A stretch of DNA of 62,337 nucleotides, filler included, from a bacterium (lineage in GTDB: Bacteria > UBA9089 > CG2-30-40-21 > SBAY01), in NCBI GenBank assembly GCA_040757115.1. It is 9 parts of 9 records of this genome, joined end to end, with 100 filler letters (N's around TTAATTAATTAA, not from the genome) between each part and the next. Parts side by side here need not be neighbours in the genome. Positions count along the whole stretch, not along the records: positions 7,065 to 13,990 come from JBFLYA010000196.1; positions 14,091 to 20,971 come from JBFLYA010000197.1; 7 more parts are not named here. One strand, given 5' to 3'. Shown here piece after piece: positions 10,303 to 18,430 of the stretch. A program made the translations under genes and the position numbers. Positions within the stretch are counted from its first letter, which is position 1. The number at the start of each line of letters is the position of its first letter. A model generated the notes under the pieces. It searched no databases. It worked only from the letters and a program-made list of their open reading frames with translations, and was not told where the DNA came from.

Positions 10303-10872
10303 ATGAACCATAACCTAATTCCACCTCACGGCGGATACCGTAATCTCCGTAGTTTCCAGACCGCACAATTAGTCTATGATGCGACGGTTATCTTTTGCAA
10401 TCGCTTTATTGAGAAATATTCGCGCACTCACGACCAAATGATACAGGCCGCCCGTAGCGGTGTGCAAAATATTGCTGAAGGCAGTATGGCTTCTGCAACC
10501 TCAAAGAAGATTGAACTTAAATTAACAGGAATTGCAAGAGCCAGCCTTGAAGAACTGGTGCTTGATTACGAGGATTTCTTGCGTCAGCATGGATTGAACA
10601 GATGGGATAAAGACTCACCTGAAGCACTTGCTGTAAGGAGAAGATATAAGTCTGACCAGTCAGACAAGTCAGACCTGTCTGACCCTTACTGCATCAAGCA
10701 AGTTTCATCTGAGGTGGCAGCAAATACAATCATTTGCTTAATTAACCAGGCCAGTTATCTTTTAAGAAAACAGCTGCAGAAATTAGAAGAATCATTCCTT
10801 TCTGACGGTGGTTTCACAGAACGGCTATACCAGGAGCGGCAAAAAAGGAAATTTGGTAACAAGCAAGTCTGA
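10303..10872 (+). CDS. Four-helix-bundle protein with C-terminal suffix domain
   Basis: GGYRNL.SF, RTHDQMIQAARSGVQNIAEGS, ARASLEELVLDYEDFLRQ, AANT.ICLINQASYLL..Q....E..F...GGFTERLY. Confidence 0.9.
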   Translation: MNHNLIPPHGGYRNLRSFQTAQLVYDATVIFCNRFIEKYSRTHDQMIQAARSGVQNIAEGSMASATSKKIELKLTGIARASLEELVLDYEDFLRQHGLNRWDKDSPEALAVRRRYKSDQSDKSDLSDPYCIKQVSSEVAANTIICLINQASYLLRKQLQKLEESFLSDGGFTERLYQERQKRKFGNKQV

Positions 10873-10927
10873 CAAGTCAGACAAGTCAGAATAGTCCGAC
10901 ATATCCGACAAAGGAGATCTTTAATTT

Positions 10928-11170
10928 ATGCATGAATGGGGAATTACACAAGAGGCAATAGATGAAGTCATTAAGATAGCTAATAAGAACGGCGTGAGCA
11001 AGGTAACCAGGGTCTCTTTATCCGTAGGCGAGGACGACCATTTAACACCTGATGCAATAAAGTTATGCTTTGAATGCCTGGGGAAAGGGACAATGGTTGA
11101 AAGGAGTGAATTGGAGATTAAAAAGGGCGATGGCCAGGGGATTACTATTGAAGTTGTAGAAGGAGAGTAG
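10928..11170 (+). CDS. hypA: Short HypA-like nickel chaperone lacking the Zn finger
   Basis: N-terminal MHE, V.L.VGE and F.....GT motifs; no CxxC pairs; 80 aa. Confidence 0.8.
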   Translation: MHEWGITQEAIDEVIKIANKNGVSKVTRVSLSVGEDDHLTPDAIKLCFECLGKGTMVERSELEIKKGDGQGITIEVVEGE

Positions 11171-11225
11171 TCTGACTTGTCTGACCTGCCTGACCTGTCA
11201 GACTTGTCTGACTAAAATAAAAAAG

Positions 11226-12608
11226 ATGACTAACGAGATAATTAACCAGGAAAAGTTCAACGAAATCCTACAAAAGACAAAGAACCCAACCCCTGAGCTA
11301 ATCAAAGATATCCTTGATAAGGCTAACGAAAAACAGGGACTAAACTTAGAAGAGATTGGATTCTTAGTCAATGCAGATAGTCCGCAACTGATGGCTGAGA
11401 TCTATGAGACTGCCGGAAGGATTAAGGATGAGATCTATGGTGAACGGCTGGTATTTTTTGCTCCACTTTATGTTTCAAACTTTTGCATCAATGATTGTGC
11501 CTACTGCAATTATCACCTCAGCAATCGAGAGCTAACCCGTCACAGATTGACATTAGAAGAGGTCCAGGAGCAGACAGAGCTCTTACTTAAGATGGGGCAC
11601 AAAAGGGTGCTGCTTGAGCTGGGTGAGGACCCAATTAATAACCCGATAGATTATGTGGTGGAGGTCATAGAAAAGATATATTCGGTTAGACTGCCGGTTG
11701 GTAATATTAGAAGGATAAATGTCAATATCGGGGCTACCACTGTAGAGAACTATAAGAAGCTAAAGCAAGCAGGAATAGGCACCTATCAACTCTTTCAGGA
11801 GACATACCATCAGGAGACCTACCAGAGATTACACCGTGGTCCAAAGGCAGATTATATCAGGCAATTGACAGCCCACGAGCGCGCCTTTGAGGCAGGGATT
11901 GACGACCTGGGACTGGGGGTCTTATTTGGACTTTATGACTGGCGGTTTGAGGTATTAGCTCTGGTATCCCATGCCCAATACTTCGAGCAAAGATATGGGG
12001 TAGGACCGCATACCTTCTCTGTGCCGCGTTTTCGGGAAGGCTCAACCATTAGCTATCATCCTGACCGCTATAAAGTAAGCGATGCTGACTTTCTCAAGAT
12101 TATTGCCATACTAAGGTTAGCAGTGCCCTATACCGGTATGATTATCTCTACCCGTGAAACTCCAAAGATAAGGAAGATTGCCTATAGGATTGGCATCTCC
12201 CAAACATCAGCTGGGTCAGTAACTACAGTAGGAGGATATGGAAGGGATAATGGTAACGGGCAATTTACGGTTTATGACCAGCGTTCATTAAAAGAGGTTA
12301 TCTCTACGGTCTTACAGGATAGGTTATTACCCAGTTTTTGCACAGCTTGTTATCGTCGTGGTCGAACGGGTGATGTCTTTATGGGTCTGGCAAAGCCGGG
12401 TGAGATTCACAACTTCTGTCGGCCTAATGGACTACTTACCTTCGCTGAATATTTAGAGGATTTTGCCAATAAATCTAATGGATTGTATCAAAAGGGCTAT
12501 GAGGTAGTAAATTTTTACCTGAACAAGATGGAAGATGAAAATCTGCGCCATCAAACAGAAAAATATTTAAAGAGGATTAAAGAGGGGAAAAGAGACCTGT
12601 ATTTCTAA
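11226..12608 (+). CDS. hydG: HydG-type radical SAM tyrosine lyase
   Basis: FAPLYVSNFCINDCAYC, GTYQLFQETYH, GVGPHT.SVPR and the C-terminal CTAC-x22-C auxiliary-cluster motif. Confidence 0.9.
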   Translation: MTNEIINQEKFNEILQKTKNPTPELIKDILDKANEKQGLNLEEIGFLVNADSPQLMAEIYETAGRIKDEIYGERLVFFAPLYVSNFCINDCAYCNYHLSNRELTRHRLTLEEVQEQTELLLKMGHKRVLLELGEDPINNPIDYVVEVIEKIYSVRLPVGNIRRINVNIGATTVENYKKLKQAGIGTYQLFQETYHQETYQRLHRGPKADYIRQLTAHERAFEAGIDDLGLGVLFGLYDWRFEVLALVSHAQYFEQRYGVGPHTFSVPRFREGSTISYHPDRYKVSDADFLKIIAILRLAVPYTGMIISTRETPKIRKIAYRIGISQTSAGSVTTVGGYGRDNGNGQFTVYDQRSLKEVISTVLQDRLLPSFCTACYRRGRTGDVFMGLAKPGEIHNFCRPNGLLTFAEYLEDFANKSNGLYQKGYEVVNFYLNKMEDENLRHQTEKYLKRIKEGKRDLYF

Positions 12609-12612
12609 AAAT

Positions 12613-13791
12613 ATGTGTTACGCTATACCGGCTAAGGTTGTTGAAATAAATGATAATATAGTTACTGTTGATTACTTTGGGGAAAAGAGGAAGGCAAGAA
12701 ATGACTTCTTTAAATTAACCCCAGGCGAGTATGTCTATGCTCAGGGCGGATTTATCATCCGACAGATACCTACCCCGGATGCCCTTTCTATCCTTAATAC
12801 ATGGCAAGATTACTTCTTCAAACTCAAAGAAACTGACTTAAGACTTACCCGCGAATCCAAAACCCTTTACCAACAAGCAAATTCTATTCGACAAAAACAT
12901 CTGGGTAATGCCTGCTGTGTGCATGGAATTATAGAATTTTCTAACTGGTGTCAAAATAACTGCCTTTACTGTGGACTGCGTAGAGATAACACGGAAATTA
13001 AACGCTACAGAATGCAACCAGAAGAGATAATTGAACATTGTGCCTATGTGGTTAATGAATTAAATTTTAAGGCATTAGTTTTACAATCAGGAGAAGACCT
13101 CTGGTATACAGAGGAAAAACTAATAACCATTGTTGAAAATATTATGAGGCGGACGCCTGTTTTGCTGATATTAAGTCTGGGCGAAAGGGATATAGCAATT
13201 TATGAGAGATTGTATGATGCAGGTGCTCGAGCAGTGCTTATTAGATTTGAGACAAGCAATCCGCAGCTTTATGAGAGATACAGACCCAACCATAAACTGA
13301 AAGATAGAATTAATTTGGTTAAGGAGTTATATCAGCTTGGTTATCTTATCTTTAGCGGATTTTTAGTCGGGTTACCGCAACAGACAGAGGAAGATATTCT
13401 TAACAATCTTGAGTTAACCGCCTCTCTTAATGCCGAGATGTTTTCTTTTGGTCCATTCATCCCTCATCCTCAGACACCCCTGAGCAATGCCGAAAAGCCA
13501 TCCCTTGAAACGGCATTAACTACTGTCGCTCGGGCAAGGATAAGGTATCCTCAATCAAGGATACTGGTGACTACTGCCTTAGAGACCATTGATAAGGAAG
13601 AAGGTCTAAAACGCGGTCTTTTGAGTGGTGGAAATTCTCTAATGATTAATCTTACCCCACAAAAATATCGCCCCTTTTACGACATCTACCCAGGTCATAC
13701 AGATGGAAATAAAACCTTTTCTGATAAGATAGAAGAAGTCGTAACATTATTGCAATCCATTGGCAGAGCACCTACAGATTTAGGGTTGTGA
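12613..13791 (+). CDS. HypC domain fused to a HydE-like radical SAM enzyme
   Basis: N-terminal MCYAIPAKVVEI...GEYVYAQGGF (HypC-like), then IIEFSNWCQNNCLYCGLRRDN, LQSGED, LSLGER, GPFIPHPQTPL and YDIYPG (HydE-like). Confidence 0.85.
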   Translation: MCYAIPAKVVEINDNIVTVDYFGEKRKARNDFFKLTPGEYVYAQGGFIIRQIPTPDALSILNTWQDYFFKLKETDLRLTRESKTLYQQANSIRQKHLGNACCVHGIIEFSNWCQNNCLYCGLRRDNTEIKRYRMQPEEIIEHCAYVVNELNFKALVLQSGEDLWYTEEKLITIVENIMRRTPVLLILSLGERDIAIYERLYDAGARAVLIRFETSNPQLYERYRPNHKLKDRINLVKELYQLGYLIFSGFLVGLPQQTEEDILNNLELTASLNAEMFSFGPFIPHPQTPLSNAEKPSLETALTTVARARIRYPQSRILVTTALETIDKEEGLKRGLLSGGNSLMINLTPQKYRPFYDIYPGHTDGNKTFSDKIEEVVTLLQSIGRAPTDLGL

Positions 13792-13845
13792 TGCTTACAA
13801 CGGAACTTCCCCTCAAAAAGAGCCTATAGGTAAGTCAATTCAAAA

Positions 13846-13990
13846 GAGGGTGTTGAAAAAGTTCTCGCACCCAACAAGGGATTAAGACTAATAAGTAATT
13901 ATTCCTTGACAATTTCTCATCTACTCTTACCTAAGAATTTTTTATTTTTTTTATTTTTTTACTTGACAAAATTGATAATTTGTGCTATAC
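13846..13990 (+). mobile_element. Element end GAGGGTGTTGAAAAA (IS5/IS1182-like), partial
   Basis: About 110 bp shared with 54892 onward. Confidence 0.65.
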
Positions 13991-14092
13991 NNNNNNNNNN
14001 NNNNNNNNNNNNNNNNNNNNNNNNNNNNNNNNNNTTAATTAATTAANNNNNNNNNNNNNNNNNNNNNNNNNNNNNNNNNNNNNNNNNNNNCA

Positions 14093-14800
14093 TTCTGGGG
14101 ATTCAAAAGCCATGCTGCCTTCCAACAAACCCAATTCGGAGTTGTTAATATTAACGAACAAACTACTCCTGGCAATACTCCGGATGTTAAGGCCTTCTTT
14201 TCAGTTATTAAACCAATCACCAATACTCTTAATTTAACCATCAAAACTTTCTTGGCAGATGCTGCCTATGACGCCTGGTATGTCTATCAATATATTGCCA
14301 AAGGTGGTGGTGTTGCCTTTATACCTTTAAATACTCGGGGTCATAAAATCCTTCAACACTCCTTTGGTAAAAACGGTCGTCTTCTTTGCCAGGATAACCG
14401 TGAAATGGATAATGGTGGAGCCTGGTTTGATAAACAAAAACAGCATCGACGACAAAAATTTATCTGCCCTCTTATTAACCCTAAAACAGGTAAGAGAAAA
14501 CCTGGTCAAAAATGCCGCTGCAACCACCCCAACTGGCAAAAGAAAGGCTGTACTAAATATATCAACCTTGACGATGTAGAAAATGCACGCTTTGCTATTG
14601 ATAGAGAATCTAAACTATTTAAACAAACTTACAAACATAGAACTCTGGCAGAAAGAGGGTTTTCCATTCTTAAGGATTATGCTCTTGAAAAACCTATCTT
14701 TCGTAATCTAAACTCTATTGCCAATATCTATACCCTTGCTTATGCTCTAATGAATGCCAAAGTAATCCTTCAGGCAAAAGAAAAAACTTCATCTCCATAG
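14093..14800 (+). CDS. DDE transposase (IS4/IS5/IS1182-like), 5'-truncated; probable right end at ~15300
   Basis: FWGFKSH, LADAAYD and YKHRTLAERGFSILK motifs; candidate TIR TTTGCAACGCTCTC ending at 15300. Confidence 0.8.
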   Translation, partial: FWGFKSHAAFQQTQFGVVNINEQTTPGNTPDVKAFFSVIKPITNTLNLTIKTFLADAAYDAWYVYQYIAKGGGVAFIPLNTRGHKILQHSFGKNGRLLCQDNREMDNGGAWFDKQKQHRRQKFICPLINPKTGKRKPGQKCRCNHPNWQKKGCTKYINLDDVENARFAIDRESKLFKQTYKHRTLAERGFSILKDYALEKPIFRNLNSIANIYTLAYALMNAKVILQAKEKTSSP

Positions 14801-15670
14801 ATTTATCTCTCTTTTCTCTTACTATCTTCTTTAGTTCGATACTCTAACTGTGTCTCTATTACATTTATTACATAATTAAATACCCCTTTCTACTTCTCTT
14901 CTGTTCCATCTATCCATCTTTTANNNNNNNNNNTATCTATCCTAAAATTTATTCCTTTTTAATACACCTCCCTCTATGAAACCTAACCCCAATGTTTATA
15001 ATGTATTATATATATCTACATCACCTCCTAAACACCCCCAAAATCTACCCTCTTAATATTATAGTCCCTTGATTTTACAGAGGTTAATAGGTCCGACCCT
15101 CGAAAACTTACTTCTGTTGTCTTTATCGACTTAATCAATCATAAACTTTAACCACTTTAGAAGGGACAACTATATAACACCTCCTCATCTTGATGTCAAC
15201 TAAGCAGATTATTTCTTTTTTGTCGCTTTGGCATTTTTTATCACCCACCCAAAACTCTCCCCAACCCGCACCATAACTAAAAACCATTTGCAACGCTCTC
15301 AGATCAAAAATTAGGTAAATTAGGTTCAAAAATAAGTTTGATGAGACAAAAACGAGAAAGTTTCATTTTAGCCATCAGATTTTGGACACACTTATCCTCC
15401 GGAAGGTAATTGGAAGGTCATAAAAGAAAAAAGTAGGTGAGAATTATGAAGGGTATCATCTTCCATGCCAGGAACCATTATAAAACCATCTCTTAGCCGC
15501 TGGCATATTCTTCAGGATTTCCTCAATATCTTCTTTTTTCTGGACTTTCGTAAATTTTATGCTACTATTGAGCCTATCTAAAGTTCTCTTTATCCTTATC
15601 AATCTGTTTATTTTGTTCAAAGATGGCAAAATTAGGTTCAAAAGCCTGATGATTTTTTTGCAACTTATCC

Positions 15671-15850
15671 TTTGAAGTTGAGTGGATAAAAAATGCTTTA
15701 CCTATTTTTCTTTCCTTTGCGTCCTTTGCGTTACTACTTTGTGCCCTTTGTGGTTTATCCTTTTTTAACCGCAAAGAACGCAAAGAAATCGACCGCAAAG
15801 AACGCAAAGATTAAAGGCAAAAGGAATCATAAAAAATCCACGAAACTCCA
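15671..15850. repeat. Interspersed repeat with CGCAAAG-type internal repeats (inverted copy at ~61764-61920)
   Basis: Near-identical reverse-complement copy in the last contig. Confidence 0.75.
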
Positions 15851-15957
15851 GAAGTACTTTTTTGCAAAAAAATTAAAAATTAGTTGCATAAATTAAGATT
15901 ATGGTATATAATCTTAGGAAGAAGGGGAAAAAAGAGGATTGCAGAGAGAAGTTTTAT

Positions 15958-16014
15958 GCCTAACGAATTAAGAATTTGTGTGGAGCAACGCCGACACACA
16001 ATTCTGGGTTGAAC
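15958..16014 (+). other. Integron attC-like site
   Basis: R'' GCCTAAC, R' GTTGAAC; inner arms AGAATTTGTGTG/CACACAATTCT with one extra base. Confidence 0.65.
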
Positions 16015-16117
16015 TAACACAATGGAGTATTATTTGGAATTTGAATAAAAGGCTATTTTGTATTTGGTAGGTTTAGTTATCTATTTTTGAGACTTCTATA
16101 GTCCGCTTTAATCCAGG

Positions 16118-16416
16118 GTAACTATTCAGCCACAGATGGACACGGATGAAACACTGAAAATTTGTGAATCGTGTCCGTTTTCCGTGTCCGTAATTAGGTT
16201 GAAGGCTGAAGGGTTCTTCTCTTTCTGACTTTTATTTTCTATCCTTCTTGATTCTCTGCCAGTGGAGGAAATTTCCACCCCCAACCCCCGCCAGCGGGGG
16301 ACAACCCACCTCTGACCTCTATCTTCTGTCCTCTGCCTTCTGCTCTCTGTCCTCTGCTCTCTGCCTTCTGCTATTTATCCGTGCTAATCCATGTTAATCA
16401 GTGGCTGAATAGTTAC
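16118..16416 (+). mobile_element. GTAA-MITE subtype A4 (also 25028-25198, 57643-57809, 61260-61545; partial ending 6736)
   Basis: GTAACTATTCAGCCAC ... GTGGCTGAATAGTTAC TIRs; internal CACGGAT and TCTG repeats. Confidence 0.85.
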
Positions 16417-16523
16417 AATTTTCCTGAAAATGTATCTTTTTCTTCTTGACATCAAATATCCTAATATGATAAACTTAAAATAACTTTACAAAGCCCTCAA
16501 AAAGACTGCCACAAAGTGGCTTA

Positions 16524-16582
16524 GTTCAACAAGTCGTTGGAGTGGATGTGCTAACGCACGCCGCTCAACTCTGTCGTTAGTC
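16524..16582 (+). other. Integron attC site (59 bp)
   Basis: GTTCAAC-AAGTCG-TTGGAGTGG...CCGCTCAA-CTCTGTC-GTTAGTC. Confidence 0.75.
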
Positions 16583-16665
16583 AGAAAGGAACAAGGGTGG
16601 AAAGTTGATTGGACAGTAAACTGAAATTTTTGACAATACTACTTATTTAAGAAGGAAGGAATTTT

Positions 16666-16863
16666 ATGAAAGTAGCCGATTTAAGCAAAGAAGAGTTCAA
16701 GGTGTTAATGGGTGAGGTAATTGAAGAAAAATTTAAGGGATTCTTTGATCCTGACTATGAGCTTGAATTACAAAACGAATTTGTTCAAAGATTGGAAAAC
16801 TCAATCGCATCTAAAGAAAGAGTTCCCTTTGAAGATGTGAAGAAAAAACTCGGGTTGGTTTGA
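16666..16863 (+). CDS. Small antitoxin-like protein
   Basis: 65 aa, MKVADL...DPD..LEL...RVPFEDVKKKLG; its stop overlaps the start of a RelE-like gene. Confidence 0.7.
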   Translation: MKVADLSKEEFKVLMGEVIEEKFKGFFDPDYELELQNEFVQRLENSIASKERVPFEDVKKKLGLV

Positions 16864-17089
16864 TGTACAAAGTTGAATTTACACCTCAAGCCGAAGAAGA
16901 TTTATCTTGCATTGATAAAACTATTGCAAAACGGATTGTTGATAAAGATAGAATGGTTTTGTCAAAATATAGGACATATTATCAGTGAACCACTAACAGG
17001 GAAATTTATAAGGTAAGTATAAACTGAGGGTTGGTGATTGGCGAATAATATATTCAATTGAACATCGGAGCAAGATTTATAAAATATAG
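16863..17089 (+). pseudogene. RelE/ParE toxin, frameshifted
   Basis: MYKVEFTPQAEEDL..IDK.IAKRI ... YKLRVGDWRIIY spread over shifted frames. Confidence 0.75.
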
Positions 17090-17490
17090 AAAGATATACC
17101 GGTGCGAAATATTCCACAAGGAGTTTAATACAAATATCAAAATGTCCAAATCAAAAGGACAAAGCAAAATGCAAAAATATACCCAAATAAATTAAGTTTG
17201 CAAATATTTTGCTCTAAAAAGGGATCAAGGATTCGAGGGGTCAAGGAGAAGGCTCTTGGATAAAAATAGGAAGTAAGAAATGGGAAATAGGAAGTAAATA
17301 AAACAAAATTCCTACTTTCTACTCTCTACTTAAAAAGTGGGGGTGAAGGAAAAAATTTGCGGTGTGCGAAGGCTAATAAAATTACCGCTTAATTTTATCC
17401 GGGAGCGTTCACCCAAAAAAAAGGAGGTGAGTTTTTAATCAAAGGTAGAGTTCCTATCAAAACTCAAATAACAAAAAGGAGGAGTTTATC

Positions 17491-18327
17491 ATGGCAAAAG
17501 GAATAGCACTAACAATTGGACTTAACTCAGTTGACCCAAAGCATTATGGAGGGTGGTCAGGCGATTTGAATGCTTGCGAAGCAGATGCAGAGGATATGGC
17601 GTCTATCGCTAAATCCAAAAAATTTAAGGTTAAAACCTTATTGACAAAATCTGCTACCCGAACAAAGGTGATGGAAGAAATCTCTAACGCCGCTAAAACA
17701 CTAACTAAAGGTGATATTTTTATGGTGAGTTATTCAGGACACGGAGGACAGTTGCCTGACCTCAACAATGATGAACCTGATGCTCAAGATGAAACCTGGT
17801 GTCTGTATGATGGGGAATTAGTGGATGACCAATTATACTCTTTATGGGGGAAATTTAAAGAGGGCGTGCGTATTCTTGTCTTTTCTGACAGTTGTCATAG
17901 TGGCACAGTAACTAAAGCCGCATATTACCAGGGGACAATTAATAGCCGAAGCTCGAATATTGGTTCTTCGCAGGTAAAATATCGTTTTATGCCACCAGAT
18001 GTCGCACTACGCACCTACCGAAATAACAAAGATTTCTATGACGAAATACTAAAAGACCGAATACTAAAAGAGGCTAAAGCAAAGGTTAAAGCGGCGGTTT
18101 TACTAATTTCAGGTTGTCACGATAATCAATTATCTTCGGATGGTGATTTTAATGGCTTGTTCACTGGACAGTTGCTCAGGGTCTGGAAAAATGGGGCATT
18201 TAAAGGTAACTATAAAAAATTCTATAAGTCTATACTTCTGCGTATGCCGCCAGACCAAACACCTAATTATTTCTGGGCAGGTAAGCTCAACCCTAAATTT
18301 GAAGCACAAACACCATTTACTATCTAA
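17491..18327 (+). CDS. Stand-alone metacaspase (peptidase C14)
   Basis: YSGHGG and DSCHSG catalytic dyad motifs; DETWCLYD; ISGC.D.Q.S.D. Confidence 0.9.
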   Translation: MAKGIALTIGLNSVDPKHYGGWSGDLNACEADAEDMASIAKSKKFKVKTLLTKSATRTKVMEEISNAAKTLTKGDIFMVSYSGHGGQLPDLNNDEPDAQDETWCLYDGELVDDQLYSLWGKFKEGVRILVFSDSCHSGTVTKAAYYQGTINSRSSNIGSSQVKYRFMPPDVALRTYRNNKDFYDEILKDRILKEAKAKVKAAVLLISGCHDNQLSSDGDFNGLFTGQLLRVWKNGAFKGNYKKFYKSILLRMPPDQTPNYFWAGKLNPKFEAQTPFTI

Positions 18328-18330
18328 AAG

Positions 18331-18408
18331 TATAGGACGCAGATAAACGCAGATTTTCAGGATTTTTAAATATACATCCTGATAATCTGCGAAAATCTGC
18401 GTCCCATA
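18331..18408. repeat. Long intergenic hairpin repeat (second copy at 54650-54728)
   Basis: GGACGCAGATAAACGCAGATT..CAGGAT / ATCCTG..AATCTGCG..AATCTGCGTCC. Confidence 0.75.
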
Positions 18409-18430
18409 ACCTATTTTCAGGAGGATAAAA

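Larger units (their letters stand above)
10245..11213. repeat. Four clusters of 9-nt TCnGACnnG repeats (10245-10286, 10651-10683, 10867-10909, 11170-11213)
   Basis: For example tctgacttg tccgacagg tctgacaag tccgactga; translates as SDx repeats where coding. Confidence 0.85.

Noticed and set aside
10303-10872. DGR, because 4HB resembles Avd
   Set aside because: No reverse transcriptase or TR/VR pair with adenine-specific differences was seen.
11226-12608. ThiH or BioB annotation for the radical SAM genes
   Set aside because: The Cx2Cx22C motif indicates HydG, the partner has HydE-type motifs, and no thi or bio genes are nearby.
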